Virus record (IMG/VR): IMGVR_UViG_3300047282_000479
Span: 1 to 59,932 of that record
Length of the DNA: 59,932 nucleotides
Direction: 5' to 3' (one strand)
From: a virus
Taxonomy: Duplodnaviria; Caudoviricetes
Made by a program: the position numbers and the translations under genes
The notes under the pieces: model-generated
What the model was told of the DNA's origin: nothing
Databases searched by the model: none
What the model saw: only the letters and a program-made list of their open reading frames with translations
In this document: positions 19,316-29,226 of the stretch, in pieces
Layout of the letters: each line of letters starts with the position of its first letter
Numbering within the stretch: position 1 is the first letter of the stretch

Positions 19316-19975
19316 TTATGATAAATTATAAGTTAAAAAATTTCTTAGTATATCTATATAACTAATTCTGAGACCAAAAATATTAGCTTTATTTACAGTA
19401 TCAAATTGTTTAGGATTCCATATATTAGCACTACAAATGATCTGTAAGTCTTTAGAGTTTTGATGTAAAAAAGCTGATGCTATAAGATTATCGGCCAAAT
19501 TATCTATAAAATATCCCGTAGATGGAAAAACTTTTTTAATACCAAAAGTATCTAAAATTTCACAAATTTTTTTAAGACAGTGATGATCAAATACTCTATA
19601 TTCTAAAATATATCTTGGTTCTATTTTATTAGCAGTGCATATATCTAGTGTTTGTTTAACATCTTCTCTAATTTTATCATATTTACGATTAGAGGCTAAG
19701 TTTTGTGGCATAACAATATCTACCATATCAACGCCCAGTTTAATAGCCGAATCTATGGCAGTAAGTCTGGTTTTAGAATCTGAAATACCGAGTGGATAAT
19801 CAATAGCACAAGATAATGCTATATCTTTAGTTTGTAAATTAGTTTTGATGATTTTAATTAGATAGTATGGAGCTGTAATACTATTAACTAATTTAAAATT
19901 AGAAATTTCTTTAACTATATCTTTAACTTCTGCTTCATTAGTATCTGGATCTGTGATCTTATAATCTATGTACAT
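19316..19975 (-). CDS. DeoC (deoxyribose-phosphate aldolase)-like TIM barrel, catalytic Lys apparently absent
   Basis: IDYPLG, AIKLGVDMVDIV, YILE, VFPSTG (vs VKTSTG). Confidence 0.75.
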   Translation of the reverse strand: MYIDYKITDPDTNEAEVKDIVKEISNFKLVNSITAPYYLIKIIKTNLQTKDIALSCAIDYPLGISDSKTRLTAIDSAIKLGVDMVDIVMPQNLASNRKYDKIREDVKQTLDICTANKIEPRYILEYRVFDHHCLKKICEILDTFGIKKVFPSTGYFIDNLADNLIASAFLHQNSKDLQIICSANIWNPKQFDTVNKANIFGLRISYIDILRNFLTYNLS

Positions 19976-20655
19976 TATAATTTTTTCATATAGTTTTTAA
20001 TATAGTCTATATTTGGAAATTTTTTACTGCCAAGAATACCATCGGCAAAACCATAATCGACCGCTTCTTCTGCCGTTAGTATCCAATCTCTTTTGGTGGC
20101 TAATTGGGTGACGATATGTTTTTTGACCATCATTTTTTTCCAATTTTTATCTTTACATATCTTACTATTAATACACCTTTCAGTAAAGATATCTATCATC
20201 TTTTCGCTTTCTTTTTCGCTCCATTGTACCATACTTAATGCGGCCTTGTGTTCGTTGTCTATGCTCAAAGAACCATAATGAATTAAAAAATTAGTGTTAG
20301 GACTTAATATTCTTAAATCAGCAGCCTGTAATAAAACACTACTACTAGATTCTACTTTTGCGTAGGCTACTATACAAACTTTACTTTTGCTAGCTCTAAT
20401 ATGATCATAAATACCTAAACAATCTTGCCAATCGCCACCGGGTAAGTGCATGTGTACAAGAATAGGATCAAGTGATACAAGGTTTAAGAAGCGTAAATTT
20501 TTTTGAAAAATTACAGCACTTTTATAATCTACGCCAGTTTCATCATCGCCATCTGTAAAATACGAATGTAAATAAATTTCTCTATTTTCTGTATCTATAC
20601 TATAGTTATGAATATCAAATAGTGTTGTTGAAGTCTGTGTTGCGTTTTTGGTCAT
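19975..20655 (-). CDS. ClpP-like serine protease
   Basis: REIYL, PGG, VES(S)SSVLLQA, LIHYG, RDWILTAEEAVDYGFAD; Ser-His-Asp triad retained. Confidence 0.85.
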   Translation of the reverse strand: MTKNATQTSTTLFDIHNYSIDTENREIYLHSYFTDGDDETGVDYKSAVIFQKNLRFLNLVSLDPILVHMHLPGGDWQDCLGIYDHIRASKSKVCIVAYAKVESSSSVLLQAADLRILSPNTNFLIHYGSLSIDNEHKAALSMVQWSEKESEKMIDIFTERCINSKICKDKNWKKMMVKKHIVTQLATKRDWILTAEEAVDYGFADGILGSKKFPNIDYIKNYMKKL

Positions 20656-21076
20656 CTAGATACCTGTATATATTATTTTGTATTCTATTCATCGTTTCGC
20701 TATCTCCAAAACATTTACCAATTGCTACCCTGAATCTATATCTTGTAAAAATATCTAAGATTTCTACGCCATCAGTAGATTCAATAATCTTAGTTACTGC
20801 ATTAGTGATATCAAAATTACAGTGTCCTAACCAAAAATTAAAAATTTTAGAACTAGCTGTATGTTCATTATATGGTATTAATCCCATAGGAGAAGCAATG
20901 ACTTTAATAGCTTTTGGCTTACTAAGAATTTGCTCTTCGTCATCACTATTAGTAAGTTGAGAATGTGGTAATTCATCTATTTCATTATCATAATCTATTT
21001 CTTTGGTTTCTTCTAAATCGCTACCAAAAGGATCATGCCATTTTTGCCATATAATTTTATAAGTATCGTGTAACAT
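20615..21076 (-). CDS. Hypothetical protein
   Basis: 153 aa in operon. Confidence 0.7.
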   Translation of the reverse strand: MLHDTYKIIWQKWHDPFGSDLEETKEIDYDNEIDELPHSQLTNSDDEEQILSKPKAIKVIASPMGLIPYNEHTASSKIFNFWLGHCNFDITNAVTKIIESTDGVEILDIFTRYRFRVAIGKCFGDSETMNRIQNNIYRYLDDQKRNTDFNNTI

Positions 21077-21475
21077 TTATTTATTATTGAATACTTCAGT
21101 AGGTTTAATGCAGGGACTATTATTCTGATCCATTTCGCTAGCTAATAAAGTTGTCCAACCAGACATTATCTGTTGAATATTATCCATTGGTAATTGTTTA
21201 TTTTTACCTAATTCAACTAATACTTCAAGAATTTTTTGATCGTATCTACCATCGTTAAGAAGATATAACATTTTACCAAATTCTTCACAAGCCATGATAT
21301 TGGCATTTTCTATTCTAATAGTCAAAATAAATCTATTCCATTCATCTATTTCAAATTTTATACTATTAGTACTAGTAATATTCAACTTGGAACTATCAGT
21401 ATTATTGTTGGTAATGCCATATGCTGTTTTAAAATAATTGACAATACTATTCCATAGTTTTTTGAAATAAATCAT
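21077..21475 (-). CDS. Hypothetical protein
   Basis: 132 aa in operon. Confidence 0.65.
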   Translation of the reverse strand: MIYFKKLWNSIVNYFKTAYGITNNNTDSSKLNITSTNSIKFEIDEWNRFILTIRIENANIMACEEFGKMLYLLNDGRYDQKILEVLVELGKNKQLPMDNIQQIMSGWTTLLASEMDQNNSPCIKPTEVFNNK

Positions 21476-21855
21476 TGTATTTTTTGAACCACTTCTACTA
21501 TTAAATTAGAATACTTATTAGGAATAGTGTAATCAAACTCATTCCAATATGAATCAACAATATTAGGAAAATAGTCCACAACAAAACCAAATACTGGATT
21601 TAATGTTTCCATGTTACTATCAATATATTTGGAGTCTAGTGAAATTATTTGAGGAACTAATATGATATTGTGTGAAGATACTTTTAGTGACTGTAAATAA
21701 TCTATGACATACTTATTAATATTAATAGTATCTTTTTTAGATGGACTAAGTGTTGGTAGTATAATCTCGTCTGGAGACAAAGATAATATGTATTTTTTAT
21801 TAGTAGGCAAATCAGTAGATAATACTACTAGATTTATTTTAACTTCAAAATTCAT
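21472..21855 (-). CDS. Hypothetical protein
   Basis: 127 aa, ATGA overlaps. Confidence 0.65.
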   Translation of the reverse strand: MNFEVKINLVVLSTDLPTNKKYILSLSPDEIILPTLSPSKKDTININKYVIDYLQSLKVSSHNIILVPQIISLDSKYIDSNMETLNPVFGFVVDYFPNIVDSYWNEFDYTIPNKYSNLIVEVVQKIQ

Positions 21856-22511
21856 GATATTAAGCCCCTAATTAGATCTAGCGCTTTATTTAAGCCTTGT
21901 CTGACGGCTTCCCTAGTAATATTATATTTCTGTCCAATCTGTTCAAAAGTCTGATTCTCAAAGTAGTATAGCTTAATATAGTCCTTCTGTCTATCAGACA
22001 ATAGATCAGATGATAATAAGCATTGTAAATTAGAATGTAAATTATCTTTCTCTTCTTGCTCCATCAAGATTAAATCTGGTTGTTCGCTAGTAAGATTTTC
22101 TATCTTTTCATAAATTGAGCCAGAATCATCATCTTTTTTATTATCAAAATCTAATGAAAAAACTTTCTTTTTGGTCTTTTTTTGATGCTTATAAGTTTTA
22201 GTAATATATGTTTGAATAGCCCAAATAGCACACTGATTTCGATAAGAGTATTTAGTTTTCTTAGTGTTTTGAGTATTTTGATAATTATCATCCCAACGCC
22301 AATCCGCCATCATAATAGCGTTTGCTACACTAGAAATTGCTTCTTCGTCTTTGAGCATTTTAACAGATAAACCGGAGTACATATTATTAGCAAATTTAGA
22401 TATAGCTTTTTTTGCTAATAGTATATAAGTACTTAAAGATTCAAATTCTATAGTTGAATGATCTTTATAAGTTATTTTTTGATCGCCAACACCACTTAAT
22501 TGTAAAAACAT
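21852..22511 (-). CDS. Phage sigma70-family sigma factor
   Basis: Region-4 HTH LSDRQKDYIKLYYFENQTFEQIGQKYNITREAVRQ; divergent region-2-like N-half; VFSLD. Confidence 0.8.
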   Translation of the reverse strand: MFLQLSGVGDQKITYKDHSTIEFESLSTYILLAKKAISKFANNMYSGLSVKMLKDEEAISSVANAIMMADWRWDDNYQNTQNTKKTKYSYRNQCAIWAIQTYITKTYKHQKKTKKKVFSLDFDNKKDDDSGSIYEKIENLTSEQPDLILMEQEEKDNLHSNLQCLLSSDLLSDRQKDYIKLYYFENQTFEQIGQKYNITREAVRQGLNKALDLIRGLIS

Positions 22512-22568
22512 ATTTTCCTTGTATCCTTTGTTAAAGTCCTAAGTCTTATTGTAAACTCTATAAGTTAA

Positions 22569-23474
22569 CTACTGAGCTTTTTTCCAAGATTCTGGATCTG
22601 GTCTATCTTTCTCTCCTGGTTTAGCAGGACGATAGTTCTTGCCCATTTTTTCCTTTTTCTTGCGAATATTTTCCCACAGACCAGGAAGTTTTTGAGCCCT
22701 GATCTTTCCTTCAGTATCGGTTTCTGTACGGCCGAACATGAGAAAATTGTGAATAGTTAACATATAATCTTCTGTAACAGCAATCTTACCTTGTAGCCAG
22801 CTTTCTGTCAAGCCTTCTTTTACTGAATTGCTTTCTATAGCGTCCACTATTGCTTGTGCGTGTGTAGCAATAGATTTGATAGAGCCTAGACTCATTTGAT
22901 AAAAGTCGTTTTTATATTCCATTAGTTCTTGTTCTACTGTTTCTTGTTCCATATCTTCGACTTGTGTAAAGTCTTGACTTTTGGCTTTTTTAATTTCGAT
23001 TAATTTCTTTTTGAGTAACTCTAGTTCAATTTCTTTTTCTATTTTTTCCATTTCCATCTCAATAGGATCTTCTTCATCTTCGTCTTCTTGTTCTTCATTT
23101 TCATTTTCTAATTCTAAATCTTTGGGTTCTTGCATTGGAGGAGCACCATACATATCATCAGCTTGTGATGTTTTAATTCCTAATTTTTCTTTACTAGCAT
23201 CTGGTAGTGCGGCCACAAACTCTGGGCCTTTTTTCTTAGCAAAATTATAAAGCTTTTGCAAGAATGCGTCGTATGTCATTTCGCCCTTCATTCTGCCAAA
23301 ATTACTAATAGCATCAGCAATATCCTGTGGGCTTACAATTGGGAACGAGCGAGTTTCTGGAAATAGAAAATCGCTATCTTTGAGATCGCTTCTTTTTTGT
23401 CCTTTATAGGTTTTTTGTGCGGCTTCTGCTAGTGTTTCATTAACAGAATTTAAAATTTGATAAAAACGATTCAT
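22569..23474 (-). CDS. Acidic modular protein, probable internal head protein
   Basis: Modules KRSDLKDSDFLFP, LTESWLQGKIAVTEDY, GLWENIRKKK...KPGEKDRP of the kind seen in large-phage head proteins. Confidence 0.6.
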   Translation of the reverse strand: MNRFYQILNSVNETLAEAAQKTYKGQKRSDLKDSDFLFPETRSFPIVSPQDIADAISNFGRMKGEMTYDAFLQKLYNFAKKKGPEFVAALPDASKEKLGIKTSQADDMYGAPPMQEPKDLELENENEEQEDEDEEDPIEMEMEKIEKEIELELLKKKLIEIKKAKSQDFTQVEDMEQETVEQELMEYKNDFYQMSLGSIKSIATHAQAIVDAIESNSVKEGLTESWLQGKIAVTEDYMLTIHNFLMFGRTETDTEGKIRAQKLPGLWENIRKKKEKMGKNYRPAKPGEKDRPDPESWKKAQ

Positions 23475-23497
23475 TGTAAGCTCCTATATTTATTATA

Positions 23498-24034
23498 TTA
23501 TACTTGAATACTTAAAAAATTATCTAATCCCATTTGTTCAATTAATTTAAGATAGCTTTCATATAAAACTATACCATCTTCGCTACCTTGTAGCAATGGG
23601 ATCATCATATTTGCAGTCATTTCATCACCAACAGCCCTTGCTGCTATAATAGTATCTCTTTCTGCTGTTGCTGCTTCTCTTACAGAGTTAAGATTATATT
23701 GTATTAGAGCAACCATATCGTGTCGTGTCCAAGAGGGTTGGGCTACATTAAGTGGTTGATAGTCAACATCAAAAAATTCAAGCCTTTTAATATTTTCAGC
23801 AGCGTGTTTATGTTCTTGTTCTGCGTCTTCTCTAATAACTTCTGCTAGTTTTTTATATCCCCATCGCTCTAGATGAACGGCTTGTGCTGTTAAGGCTATA
23901 GCTTGTTGCCAGTGGATATTTAGTGATTTTTTTAAAAATTCAATTACAGTGTTACTAGAATAGTTTTCAACTTCTTGTGCGGTACTATTGGGTGTGTTTT
24001 CTTGTTCTTTTAATAGATTATTAATTGTTGACAT
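23498..24034 (-). CDS. Bacterioferritin-like four-helix-bundle protein
   Basis: ERWGYKKLA..EQEHKHA..IKRLEFFD; GDEMTA; LIEQMGLDNFL. Confidence 0.8.
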   Translation of the reverse strand: MSTINNLLKEQENTPNSTAQEVENYSSNTVIEFLKKSLNIHWQQAIALTAQAVHLERWGYKKLAEVIREDAEQEHKHAAENIKRLEFFDVDYQPLNVAQPSWTRHDMVALIQYNLNSVREAATAERDTIIAARAVGDEMTANMMIPLLQGSEDGIVLYESYLKLIEQMGLDNFLSIQV

Positions 24035-24043
24035 TCTAGTTCC

Positions 24044-24340
24044 TTATGAATTAATTTTAGTTAGCTGTATTTCTGTTTTTTTAAGAATATCTCCCTGTTT
24101 CCATGTTTTTCCAGAATTAGTTGCTCTATATTGAACAACATTACCCATATATTGTGGTAATTCTTCAAGTGTTTCTACTATACCCTCACTACCATAATGC
24201 TTACAGGAAGAGTTTATATTTCTTACTTTATCTCCTGGTTTAAAAGAAGATCGTGTAATACGTTCATAATTATCGCTGGGACTATTGATATAGTCTGGTC
24301 CATCTGTCCACATTGCTTTTAAAATATTATGATATGACAC
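24044..24340 (-). CDS. Hypothetical protein (SH3-like)
   Basis: GTG start with AGGAG RBS; FKPGDKVRNIN..CKHYGSEGIV. Confidence 0.6.
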   Translation of the reverse strand: MSYHNILKAMWTDGPDYINSPSDNYERITRSSFKPGDKVRNINSSCKHYGSEGIVETLEELPQYMGNVVQYRATNSGKTWKQGDILKKTEIQLTKINS

Positions 24341-24378
24341 ACGAATCTCCTAAATTATGGGTTTATTAAATAATACAC

Positions 24379-24933
24379 TCATTGAGTCTCTAATTGTTTC
24401 ATATATAAATATACCAATTCAAGTTCTTTAAAAGTAGTATTATTTTTAATAGTATTGGCCTTAAAACTTATGATTTGTATATTACCTTTAATATACCCCT
24501 TATTATTATCTATTCTATCTATAGAATAAGAGTTGCTTTGGGCTTTTCCTGTATTAAATTGTAAATCAATACCCAATATTGGACATTTTTGAGGTAGAAG
24601 TATATCGTTAATATCTAAATTAAATTCTAAATTGTTATCTTTTGATCTTTTTTTTGCTGCATTCAATAAAACTTTTCTTTTATCTCTAGTATAAATTCTT
24701 TGATTATCACATTCTTTACAAAAATATGAATATCCAAAAGCAGCATTTTTATTTTTTCTAAAGTCTATAAATTTTTTAATTTTTAAACATTTTCCACATT
24801 TTTTATGATGAATCGGAACATCTTTTTGTAAGATCTGTAGCCTATTGTATCTTGTTGAACACGATAAAGAACAAAATTTAGATATTTTTCTTTTAAGAGA
24901 TATATCTGTATTACAATAATGGCATTTTTTCAT
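24379..24933 (-). mobile_element. Free-standing HNH endonuclease
   Basis: CPILG...SIDRIDNNKGYIKGNIQIISFKANTIKN; N-terminal Zn motifs. Confidence 0.85.
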
Positions 24934-24979
24934 ATTACGAGCTTCCGTTGTATATTACTACACCATAACGGATGAAAAA

Positions 24980-25498
24980 TTACCACATTTTGCAACTCCA
25001 GTATCTAGGGGTTGTTTTATCTTTAGCTTGATCACACTTATGTCTGGCCCTAAAACTTCTGCGTCTTTCAGGAATATTTTTCTTAATTTTCATATTAGGA
25101 TCACCAAAATTAACCTTAACTACATTACCATTCTCATTTTTGACGTATACACTAAATTTTTTAGGACCATCAGGTGTTCTAAAAGGTTTATTTAGACTAA
25201 CTTTACGCCCCTGGTATTCAGAAGCAACTAGTTTATTACCATCTTCGTCATATATTTCGTTTGCTTCAATTTCCCAGACAAATTCATTCCATTCATCGTC
25301 CCAATAACAATTACTAGCTAAAAAATTATCTTGTATTTCTTCTAATAGATTAGCTTTTGGTTTGGATTTGACTTGTCCAAGACATATAGCTATTCTTTGC
25401 TTATTATCTGGATAGTCTTTTTTCATTGTGTCGTTACTCATGCAACGACCGATAAAATCTTGTCTATTTTCGTCTTCTTTTCTTTTTGGTATTGGCAT
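24980..25498 (-). CDS. Conserved large-phage hypothetical protein
   Basis: EYQGRKVSLNKPF...FGDPNMKIKK..RRSFRARHKC..RYWSCKMW. Confidence 0.75.
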   Translation of the reverse strand: MPIPKRKEDENRQDFIGRCMSNDTMKKDYPDNKQRIAICLGQVKSKPKANLLEEIQDNFLASNCYWDDEWNEFVWEIEANEIYDEDGNKLVASEYQGRKVSLNKPFRTPDGPKKFSVYVKNENGNVVKVNFGDPNMKIKKNIPERRRSFRARHKCDQAKDKTTPRYWSCKMW

Positions 25499-26576
25499 GA
25501 TAGTCTGTTTTAAAAATTTGGGATGAAATAATTTGTGCAGTATTAGTCCAATTATATTTTTTGGCCGTTTCTAAACCATTTGGATTGGTTTTAATATTAT
25601 TACTATACACTGATCTCATATGAAAGATGGTTTGATCTAATTGGTCTTTGTCTAATTTGGCCCAATTACCTTCACCTTTAAACCACTTATCATCAAATGC
25701 TGGTTCTGTTTCTGTAATATCTACTAAATAACTATTGTCTTTTGTGCAGTATTCGGTATGTGCAGAATAATTAGTTGCTATAATAGGCTTGTTTAACGCC
25801 ATTGTTTCGACAATCTCATTATTCCATCCTTCTGCTCTAGATAAAAACACACCACAATCAGTATGATATATAAACTCAGCCAGTTGATATTGAGTATCTA
25901 CTCTATTAAAGATCTTAATCTTAGATGCTAATTTACAATTTTGAGCCAGACTAATCCAATGTGCTTCTTGTTGTTGATTTAAGAATGGATTATACGGCAT
26001 TAGCCATAATTCCACATTATCATTAACATCAAAAGCTAAATTAAATGCTTGAATTAAAAAGTCATGACTTTTTCTACGTTCCCACTTACCAATATGCATA
26101 AAAATATAATTAGGATTTTCTATCTTAATTTTCAGTGGAGATTGGAATATATCCATATCAACACCTAGAGGAGCAACAGTAATATGTCTAGTCACTCCAT
26201 TTTGAATCAATATTCTTTTGCCCCACTCTGAAGCCACAAATAATTCATCTGTAGAATTTAGATGGTGAATTTCAAGTTGTGTTAATTTATCTAATTCAAA
26301 AAATGGAAAAACAAAATATTTACCACTGCCTATGCGAGTTGCAAGATCATTCTGATGCCAAATTTTTAAGCATGGGGCATTAGAATCAAATGTTTGGTTA
26401 TTTTGTAGGCATCGTTGTAGAATTTCTTTTTCGTGTTCAGCGTTATAGCTTATATTATTGCCTATAGGAAATAGCGATATATTATGATTTAAGGTATATA
26501 GTTTCTTAAAAATATTTAGAGATGTAATACCATAACCAGTGCCACCAATCGGACACATCATATTTAAATTATTCAT
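25464..26576 (-). CDS. GT-B (GT4-like) glycosyltransferase
   Basis: TGYG, PLGVD, GKWERRK, SRAEGWNNEIVE, PIIATNYSA. Confidence 0.85.
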   Translation of the reverse strand: MNNLNMMCPIGGTGYGITSLNIFKKLYTLNHNISLFPIGNNISYNAEHEKEILQRCLQNNQTFDSNAPCLKIWHQNDLATRIGSGKYFVFPFFELDKLTQLEIHHLNSTDELFVASEWGKRILIQNGVTRHITVAPLGVDMDIFQSPLKIKIENPNYIFMHIGKWERRKSHDFLIQAFNLAFDVNDNVELWLMPYNPFLNQQQEAHWISLAQNCKLASKIKIFNRVDTQYQLAEFIYHTDCGVFLSRAEGWNNEIVETMALNKPIIATNYSAHTEYCTKDNSYLVDITETEPAFDDKWFKGEGNWAKLDKDQLDQTIFHMRSVYSNNIKTNPNGLETAKKYNWTNTAQIISSQIFKTDYHANTKKKRRRK

Positions 26577-27694
26577 TTTTCATATACCTTATTGTGAGTA
26601 TTGTTTACTTGTATAAATGTGGTTTTCTTTCCAAAATCTTTTATTTTAGTCGCACCGATATAAGTACAGGCACTTCTTAATCCACCATAAATATCTTGTA
26701 GTATTTCTTCTGCTGGTCCTTTATATGGAACTGTAACACATTTGCCTTCCGCTGTTCTATAATTAGCTACTCCATCATGGTGTTTATCCATAGCATTTTT
26801 GCTACTCATACCATAATACTTAAGTGATCTTTTGCGTTTTGTAGTCTCTACAGTGGAATCTATTGGTTGCCAAAATTCTTCTGTTGTCCCAACTCCAGCT
26901 AAATAATCATATTGCCATTCTCCTTCACATTCTTCAGTACCGGCAAAAATACTACCAAGCATTACAAAATCACTATTTCCACCAAAAGCCTTACAAATAT
27001 CTCCGACTACTTTACATCCGCCATCAGAACAAATATGACCACCAAGACCATGAGCAGCGTCCGCACATTCCATCACAGCACTCAATTGTGGGTATCCTAC
27101 GCCAGTTTTTAAACGGGTGGTACATACACTACCTGAACCTATACCAACCTTGACTATATCGACTTTACCGTGAAGAATCAGTTCTTCTACCATTTCTGGA
27201 GTAACAACATTTCCAGCCATCATAATAACTTCTGGAAAAGTTTTTCGTAGATGTGCTGCTGTTTTCACAAATTGTTCAGTATATCCATTAGCAACATCCA
27301 GACAAATATTTGGTAATAAAATATTGTGTGTTTTTAACTTATTAAATACTTCTAATATTTTGTCATTATCTTTGGAGGATGTTCCAGTAGAATAAAAAAC
27401 ATAGTCCCTAAGATCTGAATAATTAAGATAGAAATCGACTAATGACTCGACAGAATAATGTTTATGTAGACATACTATACTTTTGTGTTTACTAACAGTT
27501 TTAGCCATTTCAAAAGTACCAACAGTATCCATATTAGCAACCATAATAGGGGTGCAACTTAATTGTCTTGATGAATGAACAAAATGAAAATCTCTTAACA
27601 AGGATACTTGTTTTCTGCTTGTTAAAAAAGATCTCTTTGGTCTAATCAGCACATCGTCAAAATCTAATTTAGTTTCATTAATTATTTTTTGCAT
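26573..27694 (-). CDS. guaC: GMP reductase
   Basis: KLDFDDVLIRPKRS, ANMDTVG, DVANGY, KVGIGSGSVCTTR, SDGGC, YGMSS, EGK, GGLRSACTY. Confidence 0.95.
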   Translation of the reverse strand: MQKIINETKLDFDDVLIRPKRSFLTSRKQVSLLRDFHFVHSSRQLSCTPIMVANMDTVGTFEMAKTVSKHKSIVCLHKHYSVESLVDFYLNYSDLRDYVFYSTGTSSKDNDKILEVFNKLKTHNILLPNICLDVANGYTEQFVKTAAHLRKTFPEVIMMAGNVVTPEMVEELILHGKVDIVKVGIGSGSVCTTRLKTGVGYPQLSAVMECADAAHGLGGHICSDGGCKVVGDICKAFGGNSDFVMLGSIFAGTEECEGEWQYDYLAGVGTTEEFWQPIDSTVETTKRKRSLKYYGMSSKNAMDKHHDGVANYRTAEGKCVTVPYKGPAEEILQDIYGGLRSACTYIGATKIKDFGKKTTFIQVNNTHNKVYEK

Positions 27695-28217
27695 TGAAAA
27701 AGTACCATCTTTTATGAGTGTCTATATTTTCTGAAGTATGAATATGTTCTAGATAGTGTTTAATCTCATCCCAATTAGAAAAAATCATTTGATGTGGAAT
27801 AGTACCGAATAACCAATCTGGGGTTTTATTTTTACCTTGAACCATATGTACTATAATAGGTTTTTTCTGTCTATTAGCCCAAAATATTTCTTCATATGTT
27901 CCACATGGATGAATATCCAGATCCAGATTGACTACTAGAAAATCACTAATGTCTACTAGACGTAAATCTACAGCACGAATAGTTTTCATCATGGCTGTTA
28001 GTTCATCATACCTACCCATCTGTTTAAGTTTTGTTTTTATTTGATGGGTATCGTGATCTTCTAAGCCAATATCTGTGGGCTTACTAATAGGATTAAATAC
28101 TATTATCCCTAAATTTTCTAAAAACGGAGTTATACTATCCCGCCATCCTGTGCCACGATCAGCCACTCTATCCATAGCACCAGCAAGATAAACTCTTTGA
28201 TTATGTAATCTATTCAT
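27678..28217 (-). CDS. Nucleoside 2-deoxyribosyltransferase-like protein
   Basis: VYLAGAM...WR...FNP...DLRLVDISD...GTYEE. Confidence 0.75.
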   Translation of the reverse strand: MNRLHNQRVYLAGAMDRVADRGTGWRDSITPFLENLGIIVFNPISKPTDIGLEDHDTHQIKTKLKQMGRYDELTAMMKTIRAVDLRLVDISDFLVVNLDLDIHPCGTYEEIFWANRQKKPIIVHMVQGKNKTPDWLFGTIPHQMIFSNWDEIKHYLEHIHTSENIDTHKRWYFFNAKNN

Positions 28218-28351
28218 TAGTGATATTTATTATCTACGATATAATCCCAAAGATTCGTTGTGGTTGGTATGTATTTTTTAGGTGGCTGAATTAAAATATT
28301 TAATCCTTGAATAATTCCAAAAAAAGCAGCAATAGTTAATGCAATTAACAT
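28217..28351 (-). CDS. Small membrane protein (44 aa)
   Basis: MLIALTIAAFFGIIQGL...; fills the gap between neighbours with a TAATG overlap. Confidence 0.45.
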   Translation of the reverse strand: MLIALTIAAFFGIIQGLNILIQPPKKYIPTTTNLWDYIVDNKYH

Positions 28352-28356
28352 AATTA

Positions 28357-29226
28357 TTATTTTTTTAGTAACATAATCTGTGATGGATTAATAAATAATT
28401 GAAAATTTGGATTGTTAACATATAAATTATAATGAAAACATACGTGTTCACAATCAAAAGCACCGTAGTCTACATTACTAAAATAGTACTTGGAGTCATA
28501 TATGCAAGCTCCACCAAATGCACTGTTAACCTGTTTCGGTGGTAATCCTACTGGTGGTATATAATAACCAAACCAAACCATTCTATCATAATTTAATAAC
28601 TCGTTAAAAGACTCTATTTGCCAATTATTCCACCAATATTCTCTATATGCCCATGAGTCATAATTCCATAAGCTTAATTTATTATTATGAAAACAAGGAT
28701 TCATAGTAAAACTATTACCAGCGATTGCACCAATATTAGAATTAGTAGCAAAATAACCAAAACTATTAATAATACCATTTATACTAAAGTCTAAAAAGTC
28801 AGTATCTATAACAATCACATAATCATAGTTAATATAGTGTTCTTTAGCATACTTTTTAAGTAAATTTCTGTATTCTGCTAATGCTATAATCCTTTGTTTA
28901 TCTTGACAAGGACCATATTTTTGTCTATTTAATGTTTGTGATATAAGATGTATATTGGGATTATTGATTGCTAGATTTTTGATAATACTATTAGTTTTAT
29001 CTTTAGAATCATTTTCAAATAATATTATTTTATATTCTTGAAATTTTTCACCAAGTTTACTAATCTTACTAAGATTGGATTCTATTATATCTTCAACGTC
29101 TCTACATAATCCTAGAAATAGTACTTTTTTATTTTTAATAAAAGCATTTCCATATTCTATATGTTGATTATATAGTTCTATATATTGAGGTTGTTGAGGA
29201 TACAGATATTGTTCGATATTATACAT
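28357..29226 (-). CDS. GT-A glycosyltransferase (CAP59-like)
   Basis: FENDSKD, LAEYRN, VIDTD, VNSAFGG, DCEHV. Confidence 0.75.
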   Translation of the reverse strand: MYNIEQYLYPQQPQYIELYNQHIEYGNAFIKNKKVLFLGLCRDVEDIIESNLSKISKLGEKFQEYKIILFENDSKDKTNSIIKNLAINNPNIHLISQTLNRQKYGPCQDKQRIIALAEYRNLLKKYAKEHYINYDYVIVIDTDFLDFSINGIINSFGYFATNSNIGAIAGNSFTMNPCFHNNKLSLWNYDSWAYREYWWNNWQIESFNELLNYDRMVWFGYYIPPVGLPPKQVNSAFGGACIYDSKYYFSNVDYGAFDCEHVCFHYNLYVNNPNFQLFINPSQIMLLKK

